Shown one piece after another: positions 19,030 through 27,634 of a stretch of DNA of 38,065 bases. The DNA lies in NCBI GenBank assembly GCA_046759165.1, contig JBHIBS010000017.1, positions 1 through 38,065 on the forward strand, given 5' to 3'. This DNA is from a bacterium. GTDB taxonomy: Bacteria; UBA6262; WVXT01. A program made the translations under genes and the position numbers. Position 1 is the stretch's first letter, and each line of letters begins with the position of its first letter. The notes under the pieces are model-generated. The model saw only the letters and a list, made by a program, of their open reading frames with translations. It did not search any database and was not told the DNA's origin.

Positions 19030-19568
19030 TATTCTTTGAAAGTGTAGGTATAAAGTTGAAAATCTGCTAAAACGCCTTTCAGTTTTTCCTCTTCCTTTTC
19101 CACTATTGGTGTTAAGCTTAAATTTCTGACATGAAAAATTCTCTGATATTGACCTATTTCAGCCAGAAAGTATGCCAAATTATGGTAGTTAGTCTCCAAA
19201 GTCATTCGAAAAGGATGGGATATGTAATATTGCTTAAGTTCTTCCGCTCGGGGCTGAAAATCAGAAATGTCGACCTTAAACTTTCGTCCAGCATCGGTTA
19301 TGTCTCGCAACACGCGAGGAATTTCCTTCTCTCTTGGTAACCTTTTTTCTGCTTCTTCCACCTTAACTTTGAGTAGTTCGTAATCGGTTTTTAGCTGATC
19401 CAGACGATTTGCTCTTTCTCTGGCGACTTCAAGTTTTGCTCGCTTTGCGACCAATTCCTTCTGAACCTTTTTCAACTTAATGTCGAGCGGACCATAGGCA
19501 TATTTATAGAACATAAAAAAAACTAAGAGTCCAAGGATACCCAACATTACTTTCTGTTGTTTTGTCAT
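19029..19568 (-). CDS. pilO: Type IV pilus assembly protein PilO
   Basis: Single TM, coiled coil, LPREKEIP, YHNLAYFLAEI. Confidence 0.9.
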   Translation of the reverse strand: MTKQQKVMLGILGLLVFFMFYKYAYGPLDIKLKKVQKELVAKRAKLEVARERANRLDQLKTDYELLKVKVEEAEKRLPREKEIPRVLRDITDAGRKFKVDISDFQPRAEELKQYYISHPFRMTLETNYHNLAYFLAEIGQYQRIFHVRNLSLTPIVEKEEEKLKGVLADFQLYTYTFKE

Positions 19569-19593
19569 CTTATTGTCTCAATCAAAGATATTC

Positions 19594-20154
19594 TTAAGTG
19601 CCCTGCCTGTACTCACAGGTTACCCCGAAGTTTCTTATTACTTCCTTTCCCTCTTTCCTTTTTTCGCTGGTTATCTTGCTGAGTTCAACTTTAGAAAAAT
19701 TCTCAGCCTCACCCAATTTAGTAATAAAGTCGGCAATTGCATAGTTATCGATAGCCGAGGCCTCAATGGTAATATTTAAGAAGTCAGACTCACTTTTGGT
19801 CACCAGGGAGGTTAACCACACTCTGGAAGGAACTGTCCTTGCCAAATCCTCCAATAGTCGGGGATAGATCAAGCGATTTCCCGTCAAGCGCCGAATGACA
19901 TCCAACTTCTTAGCCAGAGCTTCCTTGGACTTCCCTATCTCATCAACCTGTTTAACTATCGGTTCCAAAAGGACAAGTTCTTTCTCAATTCTTCTTGACT
20001 GACTCCTCAAGCGACCATATTGTCCAACCTTTAAGAAGTATAGTCCCAAGAATCCTCCTACCACCAGAATAGCTATACTGGAAAGGAGAAGCCTTTTCTC
20101 CCGCAGAGTAACTTTCTTCTCTATCTCTTTGGGCAGTAAATTAATCTTAATCAT
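19594..20154 (-). CDS. pilN: Type IV pilus assembly protein PilN
   Basis: MIKINLLP motif, TM, coiled coil, PSRVWLTSL. Confidence 0.93.
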   Translation of the reverse strand: MIKINLLPKEIEKKVTLREKRLLLSSIAILVVGGFLGLYFLKVGQYGRLRSQSRRIEKELVLLEPIVKQVDEIGKSKEALAKKLDVIRRLTGNRLIYPRLLEDLARTVPSRVWLTSLVTKSESDFLNITIEASAIDNYAIADFITKLGEAENFSKVELSKITSEKRKEGKEVIRNFGVTCEYRQGT

Positions 20155-20285
20155 CTTTTAACTTTTGGCCTCTTTCCGACTACGGCATCCCGCCTGTATT
20201 GACTGCATTTGAAAGATACTTTGAGAAGAGCTTTTGGAATTTTAGCCAAAAAACAGGGCGACTTCTTGTCTTCCAAACAAATCAT
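20151..20285 (-). CDS. Putative 44-aa basic Cys-containing small protein between pilM and pilN
   Basis: SD GGGGGTGAT 6 nt before ATG; MICLEDKKSPCFLAKIPKALLKVSFKCSQYRRDAVVGKRPKVKR*; ATGA overlap with pilN start. Confidence 0.45.
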   Translation of the reverse strand: MICLEDKKSPCFLAKIPKALLKVSFKCSQYRRDAVVGKRPKVKR

Positions 20286-20399
20286 TCTCCGATCACCCCC
20301 AAAAGCGAGGAGCAATCTTGATTATTGCTGAGATCTTTGGCAATACTCAAGGACCAGAAAATCCTCAGCGAGCGAAATTCAATCCGAAGCCTGTCTTTC

Positions 20400-21509
20400 T
20401 TATTTGGTATCACCTTCGCGCCTACTGGCCAGTCCTACAGCCACAGCAAATAGCGGGGCCAGCTTCTGCCAATCCGCACCCGGGATTTTCGTTGTATCCA
20501 TTCCCTGGAAAGGATTATTTATATCTACGGGCAACCCCAGTTCATCAATCAAAAATCTATGCAAGTTCTTCAATCTCGAACTGCCACCACTCAGGATAAC
20601 CCTCTCCACGCTCTTTTCTCCCCCAGTTTGCGCCTGGTAGTAATCGATTGACCTCCGAACCTCTCCCACAAGTTCGCGGATAAGTGGCATCATGATGGTG
20701 GAAACCTGGACTTTTGTTTCATCTTTGGCAACTATACTTTCCAATTCTTCTTCTCCGCCTGTTAAAGTTAAACCATGCTCCTTTTTTAGATTTTCTGCCT
20801 CTGAATACTCAACTTGCAAATTTCTCTGAATTGCCCTGGTAAAACTACTGCCAGCAATGAATATATCGCGCACAATTTTTGAAACGCCATTTTCGAGAAT
20901 ATTAATGTTGGATGTTGTCGCTCCGAGATTGAGCAACATCACCGTCTCTGCACGCTCTTTATCCCTGGTAATTTCATAAGCATTTTCTAAAGCAAACGCA
21001 TCTACGTCTATTATTAAGAGCTTTAGCCCCACACCCTCGATAATCTCTAACCGTTCTTGCAAAAACTCCTTTTTCGCTCCCACCAAAACTGTCTCCATTT
21101 TTGGTTGTCCATCTTCCATAACGTCGCCTAATATGTGTGTACTTATATTGACTTCACGAATGTCGAATGGAATGTAAGGTTCAGCTTCAAATTGGATGGT
21201 CTTTTCCAGATCGGAAGGGCTCATTCGGGGAAATCTCACATAACGAACAATTACCGCATTTCCAGAAACCGAAGTAGCAACCTTTTTCGTGCTTATTCTT
21301 GTAGTCGAGAGGAGGCTCTTTAGAGCAGAAGTCACCACTGCCTTTCTCTCTTCAGAAGAAAGCTCTTCGATAGAACCCGAGGGAATTTCACTAATCGCAT
21401 ACTTAGCAAGGCTCCATCTGGCAGTGGTTCCTTTCAATTCCACGAGCTTAATGGAGTGAGTCCCGATGTCTATACCCACTAAATCTTTACCGCTACTGAA
21501 TATTCCCAT
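20400..21509 (-). CDS. pilM: Type IV pilus assembly protein PilM (actin-like)
   Basis: VGIDIGTHSIK, FEAEPYIPF, IDVDAFAL, ILSGGSS, AVAVGLA. Confidence 0.95.
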   Translation of the reverse strand: MGIFSSGKDLVGIDIGTHSIKLVELKGTTARWSLAKYAISEIPSGSIEELSSEERKAVVTSALKSLLSTTRISTKKVATSVSGNAVIVRYVRFPRMSPSDLEKTIQFEAEPYIPFDIREVNISTHILGDVMEDGQPKMETVLVGAKKEFLQERLEIIEGVGLKLLIIDVDAFALENAYEITRDKERAETVMLLNLGATTSNINILENGVSKIVRDIFIAGSSFTRAIQRNLQVEYSEAENLKKEHGLTLTGGEEELESIVAKDETKVQVSTIMMPLIRELVGEVRRSIDYYQAQTGGEKSVERVILSGGSSRLKNLHRFLIDELGLPVDINNPFQGMDTTKIPGADWQKLAPLFAVAVGLASRREGDTK

Positions 21510-21532
21510 TTTTTTCCTTTGGTTTCAATCAT

Positions 21533-21562
21533 ATAATATACAATAAAATATTCATTTGTCAA
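21533..21562 (-). promoter_or_regulatory. Sigma70 promoter for pilMNOPQ
   Basis: TTGACA followed by TATATT (16-bp spacer) or TATTAT (18-bp spacer). Confidence 0.6.
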
Positions 21563-21612
21563 CAATTTTTATCCTATCGCCAAAAACAGAATCGAAGGTT
21601 ACTAAAATTTTC

Positions 21613-22437
21613 TCATCTACAAATATAAATTAAGTGAGAGTAAATCCGATTAAATCCTGGCTGGAACAGAAAAACCAATATTGTTCCCAGAGAAATATAG
21701 ATTCCAAAAGGAACGGGCTGAAATTTCTTATATTTACCAGCAATTCTCAATGCCCCCCCGGTTATAGCACCCAGGAGGCTTGCTAAAAATATTACCCAGA
21801 GCACATTCACTGCCCCCAAGAAAGCACCTACTCCAGAGATTAGCTTTATATCTCCACCTCCCATAGCCTCTCTTTTAAACACGCTCCTCCCCAATAAGCC
21901 AATTAAATAGAGTATCCCGCCACCTATAAGAAGGCCCTGAAAAGAAGAGAGAACGAGAGACAATTCTTTAGAATTACTTATTATTATCCAGCTATGCTCT
22001 CTAAGAAAGGAGTTGAAAGGTGAAGAAAACAGGCCGAGAATAATTAATGGATAGGTGAATTTATTTGGGATGGTATAGGTTTGAAAGTCTATTGTCGAAA
22101 CGATAATCAAAGACAATACTAAAAGAAAGAAAATTATTATTGTTAAAGGGGAATCCTGGAACTTCTGATAGGTGAGAAGGAAGAGAAATCCCGTTATTAG
22201 TTCTATCAAAGGATACTGAAGAGATATCCTTCTCCTACAGTAACGACATCTCCCTTCGAGGAGACCATAACTTATTAAGGGTATATTGTCATACCACTTA
22301 ATTTGCTTTCCACATTTAGGACAGTATGAGCCTGGCTGGATTATCGATTTTCCTCGGGGTACCCGATAGATGCAGACATTGGCAAAACTGCCAAATCCCA
22401 AACCTAAAATGAAAATGAGAAGATAAAATAATAAAAC
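21613..22437 (-). CDS. pilD: Prepilin peptidase/N-methyltransferase; probable start upstream of the ORF-track TTG (22401)
   Basis: GSFANVCIYRVP, CPKC...CRYC, catalytic ID and GGGDIKL, PFG; first TM helix VLLFYLLIFILG lies upstream of 22401. Confidence 0.92.
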   Translation of the reverse strand, partial: VLLFYLLIFILGLGFGSFANVCIYRVPRGKSIIQPGSYCPKCGKQIKWYDNIPLISYGLLEGRCRYCRRRISLQYPLIELITGFLFLLTYQKFQDSPLTIIIFFLLVLSLIIVSTIDFQTYTIPNKFTYPLIILGLFSSPFNSFLREHSWIIISNSKELSLVLSSFQGLLIGGGILYLIGLLGRSVFKREAMGGGDIKLISGVGAFLGAVNVLWVIFLASLLGAITGGALRIAGKYKKFQPVPFGIYISLGTILVFLFQPGFNRIYSHLIYICR

Positions 22438-22452
22438 CTCGGACCTCCTTCA

Positions 22453-22483
22453 CCTCGTTAGAAATCAAAGATTTCTAATGGGG
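22453..22483. repeat. REP-like palindrome, second copy
   Basis: CCTCGTTAGAAATC-AAA-GATTTCTAATGGGG; supplies the stop codon of the TPR gene. Confidence 0.75.
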
Positions 22484-23164
22484 GATTACCATATTTTCTA
22501 AATGGCTCTTCGCTGTTGATCTCGCCCACTCATTTCTGCTTGTGGCAAGAATATTTTCCCAGATAGCTATTGCCTTTCCATATTTTCCTTCAGCTTTATA
22601 AATATTGGCGAGAAAAATCTTAACCACTTCAGGGCAGTCTCTATATCTAATCGCCTCCTCCAGAAGAGGAACAACTTTATCATACTCTTTCGTCTTGGTA
22701 TAAACAATCGCTGCTATATAGAGGCGGAACTTCCAGAATTTCGGATTATTCTTAATTCCTTCTCGAAGAAGCTCGATTGCCTGATCGTATCGCCCGTGAT
22801 TAAAGGCAAGAGAGCCACCGCCGAATAGATATGCATAATGGAAATAAGGGTCGAGCCGAACCACCTCCTGACACATGGGCAGTAAATTCTCGTACTCCCC
22901 TCTCTCGTGATGGTGTGGCAAATGAGTGTGCTCTTCTTCTTTTTCCAAAGCCCCATAATACTGCAGGAGTCTTATCCAAGCTAAATCTGAACAGAGTCGG
23001 CGAAGACCGAGCAGGCTCCCCCAGAAATAGATAAAAGAAGAAGGCTTCACCTGTACTATCGATGGCAGAGGAAATTCAAACCTCCTCTCTACCTGGTACT
23101 CAGAGAAAAGAGATAAGCCAAATAGGAACAAGATCAGAATGAGTAGCGAAATGGGCTTCTTCAT
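22475..23164 (-). CDS. TPR protein associated with the pilus ABC system (Myxococcus PilG/Geobacter XapA-like)
   Basis: N-terminal TM, SDLAWIRLLQYYG, LDPYFHYAY, TPR helices; adjacent to the ABC ATPase/permease. Confidence 0.7.
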   Translation of the reverse strand: MKKPISLLILILFLFGLSLFSEYQVERRFEFPLPSIVQVKPSSFIYFWGSLLGLRRLCSDLAWIRLLQYYGALEKEEEHTHLPHHHERGEYENLLPMCQEVVRLDPYFHYAYLFGGGSLAFNHGRYDQAIELLREGIKNNPKFWKFRLYIAAIVYTKTKEYDKVVPLLEEAIRYRDCPEVVKIFLANIYKAEGKYGKAIAIWENILATSRNEWARSTAKSHLENMVIPH

Positions 23165-23192
23165 TTCCTCATCTCAATGAGTCAGAAAACCA

Positions 23193-23966
23193 TCAGAACT
23201 CTTTCCGGGAGAAAACAATAACTGAAAGCCAGGTGGCTACGCTTGCGTAAATTAAGGTATAGGCTACCTGCCAGAAAATAGTAATTCCATCTAAGGGACC
23301 GGGGTAACCCAGGTAGTCCTTAACATTCAAGTACTGAAAATTGGGCAAAAGATAGTAGATTGCTTTTAGAAATATTGTGATTTTTAATCCCTTTTCCAGC
23401 AATACATGATTTAGATATTTCAAATGGTCGGTAACATGACCCAGAATCCATAAGAAGAAAGCGGCAGAGATGCTCGAAATTGCTGAAGTCGAAATCAGAG
23501 AAATAAGAATTGCCAAAGCGCTTATAATTATCACTTTAAGGAAAATAAAAGTTACTGCCAGTAAGAACCTGAAGTCGAATCTCCAACCCTTAATGAATAG
23601 AAGAAATAGGAGCGCAGAGGACATTAAGAGAATATTAAACAAGGAGATAGAGAGAATACCAACGTAACGACCCCAGATATATTCGAAGCGCCTCACCGGT
23701 CTTACCAGAATGAGAGAGACGCTCCTATTCTCCATCTCCCCCAAGACGAGACCAACTGCTGCAAAAACAGCACTAAGGAAAGCAAATATTTCAATTGAAC
23801 CCAGTCCAATATCTAAGATTACCCTCGTCTCCTCTTCTCCTGAAAGCATGGAGAAGAGAACAGAACTCACTATGATCACCAAGGCAAATAGAAGAATAGT
23901 ATAAAAAATCTTGTGCCTGATGTTCTCTTTAACCGTATATTCTCCAATTGCAAATATCTTCTTCAT
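23193..23966 (-). CDS. ABC-2-type permease (Myxococcus PilI-like)
   Basis: About 6 TM helices, EMENRSVSLILVRPVRRFEYIWGRY, YYLLPNF. Confidence 0.85.
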   Translation of the reverse strand: MKKIFAIGEYTVKENIRHKIFYTILLFALVIIVSSVLFSMLSGEEETRVILDIGLGSIEIFAFLSAVFAAVGLVLGEMENRSVSLILVRPVRRFEYIWGRYVGILSISLFNILLMSSALLFLLFIKGWRFDFRFLLAVTFIFLKVIIISALAILISLISTSAISSISAAFFLWILGHVTDHLKYLNHVLLEKGLKITIFLKAIYYLLPNFQYLNVKDYLGYPGPLDGITIFWQVAYTLIYASVATWLSVIVFSRKEF

Positions 23967-24697
23967 TATACTTCCTCGGACACAGTCTCTGCAAAAAGGT
24001 CCTCCAGGCTAACTTCCAGGCCTCCCAACTCAACTACTCTTTTCAATTTTCCCTTATGTAGAATTCCTACCTGGTCGCAGACTCTCTCTACCTCTGTAAC
24101 GAAATGTGAACTCAAAAGTATTGTCTTTCCCTCCTCCTTTAACCTCAGAATTGTCTGGCGCATCTTCTTAACTCCCAGAGGGTCGAGTCCAGAAGTGGGT
24201 TCATCCAATAGCAAAAGTTCTGGGTCGTGCAGAAGAACTTGAGCCATACCTATCCTCTCCAGCATTCCTTTAGAAAAGTCGGTTAAACGGTCGTTTCTGT
24301 TCTCCCTGAGGTCTACCAAATCTAATGTTCTTTCTACTCTATTTGCTCTCTCCTTTAGAGAAAAGTTATAAAGCTTACCATAAAAATGGAGTATCTCACT
24401 CGCCGTAAGATACATAAGGAAACAGGGAAATTCGGGAAGATAACCGACCCTGGAGGGTAGAGATATGTGGGGGACCCTCTGCCCAAAAATATAGGCGGAG
24501 CCTTTTGTTGGAAACAGCAAACCTACCAGAAGCTTAAGCAGGGTTGTCTTTCCTGAACCGTTCAGGCCTAAAAGCCCAAAAACCTTTCTATCTTCGATTT
24601 CGAGATTTAGATTCTCCAGAGCATTGGTCTTCTTTGACGTGAACAGGTATTTTCTCTTATATATTTTTGTCAGACCTTCTGTTCTGATGACAACCAT
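23966..24697 (-). CDS. ABC transporter ATP-binding protein (Myxococcus PilH-like)
   Basis: Walker A GLNGSGKT, signature FSKGM, Walker B LLLLDEP, SSH switch. Confidence 0.92.
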   Translation of the reverse strand: MVVIRTEGLTKIYKRKYLFTSKKTNALENLNLEIEDRKVFGLLGLNGSGKTTLLKLLVGLLFPTKGSAYIFGQRVPHISLPSRVGYLPEFPCFLMYLTASEILHFYGKLYNFSLKERANRVERTLDLVDLRENRNDRLTDFSKGMLERIGMAQVLLHDPELLLLDEPTSGLDPLGVKKMRQTILRLKEEGKTILLSSHFVTEVERVCDQVGILHKGKLKRVVELGGLEVSLEDLFAETVSEEV

Positions 24698-24704
24698 TAG
24701 ATAA

Positions 24705-24788
24705 TAAAAAATAGGTTGATGGTTAATTAATTACTTATCAATTATCATGCCAATTTGTTTAATTCCATTAATTAACACATCAACCTAT
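24705..24788 (-). terminator. Long-stem hairpin plus U-tract downstream of pilA
   Basis: Arms 24711-24731 and 24767-24788 (21 bp, one bulge), 35-nt loop, followed by TTTTT on the minus strand. Confidence 0.65.
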
Positions 24789-24802
24789 GCAGATTCAAAG
24801 GA

Positions 24803-25210
24803 TTACCAGGTATTAACTACGTCGCCTCCCGAATCAACGTGGGTGCAATTAACGTTGCCCGTTCCAGCACCATCATAGAACCACAGGCCATCATCGCCAG
24901 CAACAGCAGTCTCTGCATTCGTCTCCGCATGCCCCATGCTACTAGGAAGCAAGACTGTAGGAACCGCATCTAAGTAAGTTGGGACGAGGGCAGCTAATGT
25001 CGCTGGCCAAGTACCATCGGTAGCACCGTAGCAGATAGACATAGCTGACCTGATGGCTCCGAGGTTACCCTGGGTCCTCGCCTCCCTGGCTCTGTCAATC
25101 AGATTAGCAAATCTGGGGATGGCGATTGCGGCCAAGATGCCAATAATTGCCACCACAATCATTAGCTCAATCAAGGTAAAACCTTTGCTCTTCCTATGAA
25201 TTCTCAACAC
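24803..25210 (-). CDS. pilA: Type IVa major pilin
   Basis: Class III signal MLRIHRKSKG/FTLIELMIVVAIIGILAAIAIP (E5, P22); own promoter, perfect SD and downstream terminator. Confidence 0.9.
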   Translation of the reverse strand: MLRIHRKSKGFTLIELMIVVAIIGILAAIAIPRFANLIDRAREARTQGNLGAIRSAMSICYGATDGTWPATLAALVPTYLDAVPTVLLPSSMGHAETNAETAVAGDDGLWFYDGAGTGNVNCTHVDSGGDVVNTW

Positions 25211-25215
25211 TCTAT

Positions 25216-25265
25216 ATCACCTCCTTTCTATGATATATGTTACCACACTTTTCCCCAGCTGTCAA
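25216..25265 (-). promoter_or_regulatory. Sigma70 promoter (extended -10) and full SD of pilA
   Basis: TTGACA-17 bp-TAACAT preceded by TGn; AAAGGAGGTGAT at 25216-25227. Confidence 0.75.
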
Positions 25266-25290
25266 CTAATTTTCAAATTAAAAGCCGGTT

Positions 25291-26520
25291 TTACCTGCCA
25301 ACCAGCGCACCGATCTGGAACATAGGCATATACATCGAAATGGCAATAGCGCCAATGATAATACCCATAAAAACAATGACTACTGGCTCAATCATGGAAG
25401 TTAGACCTGAAACAGCAGCGTCGACTTCCTGCTCATAAAACTCGGCAATTTTCGATAACATTGCGTCTAAGTTACCTGTCTCCTCGCCCACTGAAATCAT
25501 CTGGGTTACCATTGGTGGAAAGGCACCACTTGCCCTCAAGGGCTCGGATATTCTCTCTCCTTCCCGAATAGCTTCCTTTGCTGCCAGGACAGCTTTTTCA
25601 ATGACTCTATTTCCTGAAGTCCTTGCCACAGTGTCGAGAGCCTGAAGTATTGGAACGCCACTTTTAACCAGCGTCCCGAGAGTCCTGGTAAATTTAGCCA
25701 CAGCTACCTTTCTTAATAGCGCCCCGAAAATGGGCAGTCTGAGCAGCAACCTGTCTATACGCATACTTCCCGCCTCTGTCTTATAGTATTGTCTTAGACC
25801 CACAACAAAAGCAATAAGACCAATAATTATGAAGATAATATAATGCTTAAGAAAATTACTAAGCATAAGGAGTATCTGGGTAGGAAGCGGCAACTGGGCA
25901 CTCACCTGTTGGAATATTTTAACAAAGGCAGGGACAACCACCGTCACCAAGAATGTAGTAACGCCACCGGCAACAAGGGCAATCACTGCCGGATAGACCA
26001 TTGCTGATTTAATCTTTCCTCGCAATGTGGCGGCAGCCTCCTGGTAGCCTGAGATCCTCTCGAGAATAACATCCAAGATACCTCCAAGTTCTCCAGCCTT
26101 CACCATACTGACATATAAGTCACTGAATACTGTAGGGTGCCGGCTGAGAGCTTCAGTAATCGATGTTCCTGACTCGATGTCCTCTCGCACAGTGGTGATA
26201 ACTTTTTTGAAAGCCGGATTATCTATCTGGTTCATAAGGATTGTTAAACCCTGAACAATCGGCACACCAGCTCCAATCAGTGTGGATAGCTGCCGGCTAA
26301 ATAGAACGAGGTCCTTATGTCTTACTTTTCGTTTCAAGAAGTTTATACTATCCAGAGCATCTCTTAAAGCATTCTTTTTAGATTCTCCGATTTCCAAAAC
26401 GATAAACCTCTGGCGTCTGAGGCGATCGATAACCATCCTCTGTTCTCTCGCTTCCATTGTCCCCGTCAAAACATTTCCCTGGGGACTCCTGACCTTATAA
26501 CTGAAGAGTGCCATTCTCAC
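25291..26520 (-). CDS. pilC: Type IV pilus platform protein PilC
   Basis: FSRQLSTLIGAGVP, KIKSAMVYP, VGEETGNLDAML, SMIEP. Confidence 0.95.
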   Translation of the reverse strand: MRMALFSYKVRSPQGNVLTGTMEAREQRMVIDRLRRQRFIVLEIGESKKNALRDALDSINFLKRKVRHKDLVLFSRQLSTLIGAGVPIVQGLTILMNQIDNPAFKKVITTVREDIESGTSITEALSRHPTVFSDLYVSMVKAGELGGILDVILERISGYQEAAATLRGKIKSAMVYPAVIALVAGGVTTFLVTVVVPAFVKIFQQVSAQLPLPTQILLMLSNFLKHYIIFIIIGLIAFVVGLRQYYKTEAGSMRIDRLLLRLPIFGALLRKVAVAKFTRTLGTLVKSGVPILQALDTVARTSGNRVIEKAVLAAKEAIREGERISEPLRASGAFPPMVTQMISVGEETGNLDAMLSKIAEFYEQEVDAAVSGLTSMIEPVVIVFMGIIIGAIAISMYMPMFQIGALVGR

Positions 26521-26521
26521 C

Positions 26522-27616
26522 TCACCTCTTGTTCTTCATCCCCACCACCACATCCTCTTCCTTCTTGCAAATTCTCTTTAAATCCTCGACATCCGGACTC
26601 TCTGTCAAGGCCTGAGCGTAAGTGATCTGCCTACGCGTGTAGAGGTCGTAGAGGCTCCAGTTCATTGTCTGCATTCCAAATTTTCCTCCTGCCTGCATAG
26701 CTGAAGGAATCTGCTCGGCCTTCTCTTCCCTTATCATATTCCTGATGGCTGGAGTAATCCTTAAAACTTCCACTGCCAGGCATCTCCCGTTGCCATTCGC
26801 TTTGGGGAGTAATCTCTGACAGAAAACGGCTTGCAGGACAAAGGATAACTGAGAACGAATTTGCGGTTGCTGGTATGGAGGGAAAACATCTATGATTCTA
26901 TTAACTGATTGTGTGGCATCTGTTGTGTGCAGAGTGGCAAAGACCAGATGCCCTGTCTCAGCGATTGTTAGTGCGGAAGCAATAGTTTCCAGGTCACGCA
27001 TTTCGCCAACCAGAATGAAATTTGGGTCCTGGCGAAATACATGTCTTAGTGCCTCGGCAAAGGAAGAAGTATCACTACCTACCTCTCTCTGGCTGACTAT
27101 ACAACTCTTGTGGGCATGAATGTACTCGATGGGATCCTCAACTGTAACAATGTGTCCGCTCCGGTGCTCGTTAATGTAATTTATCATTGAAGCAAGGGTT
27201 GTCGTCTTACCACAGCCGGTAGGACCTGTTACTAGGACCAAGCCGGCAGGCAACTTAAGCACGTCAAAAACTACTGGTGGCAGTCCGAGTTCCTCAAAAG
27301 TCATAAAATAGTTAGGTACTGCCCTCAGAGATGCAGCTACGATCCCTCGTTGCCTGAACACGTTCATTCGAACACGTCCTATGTTTTTGATTCCAAAGGA
27401 GAGGTCGAGCTCGTTTGTAGATTCAAATCTCTCTTTCTGTTTATCGGTTAGGAGGCTATAGATTAGTCTCTGACATTGGTCCGGGTGAAGCTTCTCATAT
27501 TCTGTGGGGACAAGTTCTCCATCAATCCTCAAGGTAGGTGGAGCATCCACTGTTAAGTGCAAATCGGATGCTCCCTTGTCCATGGTTAATTGAAGTAATT
27601 CATCAATAGAGACCAA
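26522..27616 (-). CDS. pilT: Type IV pilus retraction ATPase PilT
   Basis: ASDLHL, GPTGCGKTT, EDPIEY, GEMRD, TLHT, AIRNMIRE. Confidence 0.95.
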   Translation of the reverse strand: MVSIDELLQLTMDKGASDLHLTVDAPPTLRIDGELVPTEYEKLHPDQCQRLIYSLLTDKQKERFESTNELDLSFGIKNIGRVRMNVFRQRGIVAASLRAVPNYFMTFEELGLPPVVFDVLKLPAGLVLVTGPTGCGKTTTLASMINYINEHRSGHIVTVEDPIEYIHAHKSCIVSQREVGSDTSSFAEALRHVFRQDPNFILVGEMRDLETIASALTIAETGHLVFATLHTTDATQSVNRIIDVFPPYQQPQIRSQLSFVLQAVFCQRLLPKANGNGRCLAVEVLRITPAIRNMIREEKAEQIPSAMQAGGKFGMQTMNWSLYDLYTRRQITYAQALTESPDVEDLKRICKKEEDVVVGMKNKR

Positions 27617-27634
27617 AAATCACTCCTTCTAATA

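Noticed and set aside
20174-20184. TTCCGACTACG shared with the 32174-32184 hairpin apex
   Set aside because: An 11-bp match is expected by chance in 38 kb and the flanks are unrelated
24803-25210. Electrically conductive (e-pilin) type
   Set aside because: Full-length 125-aa mature pilin with 9 F/W/Y and non-aromatic residues at positions 27, 32 and 50
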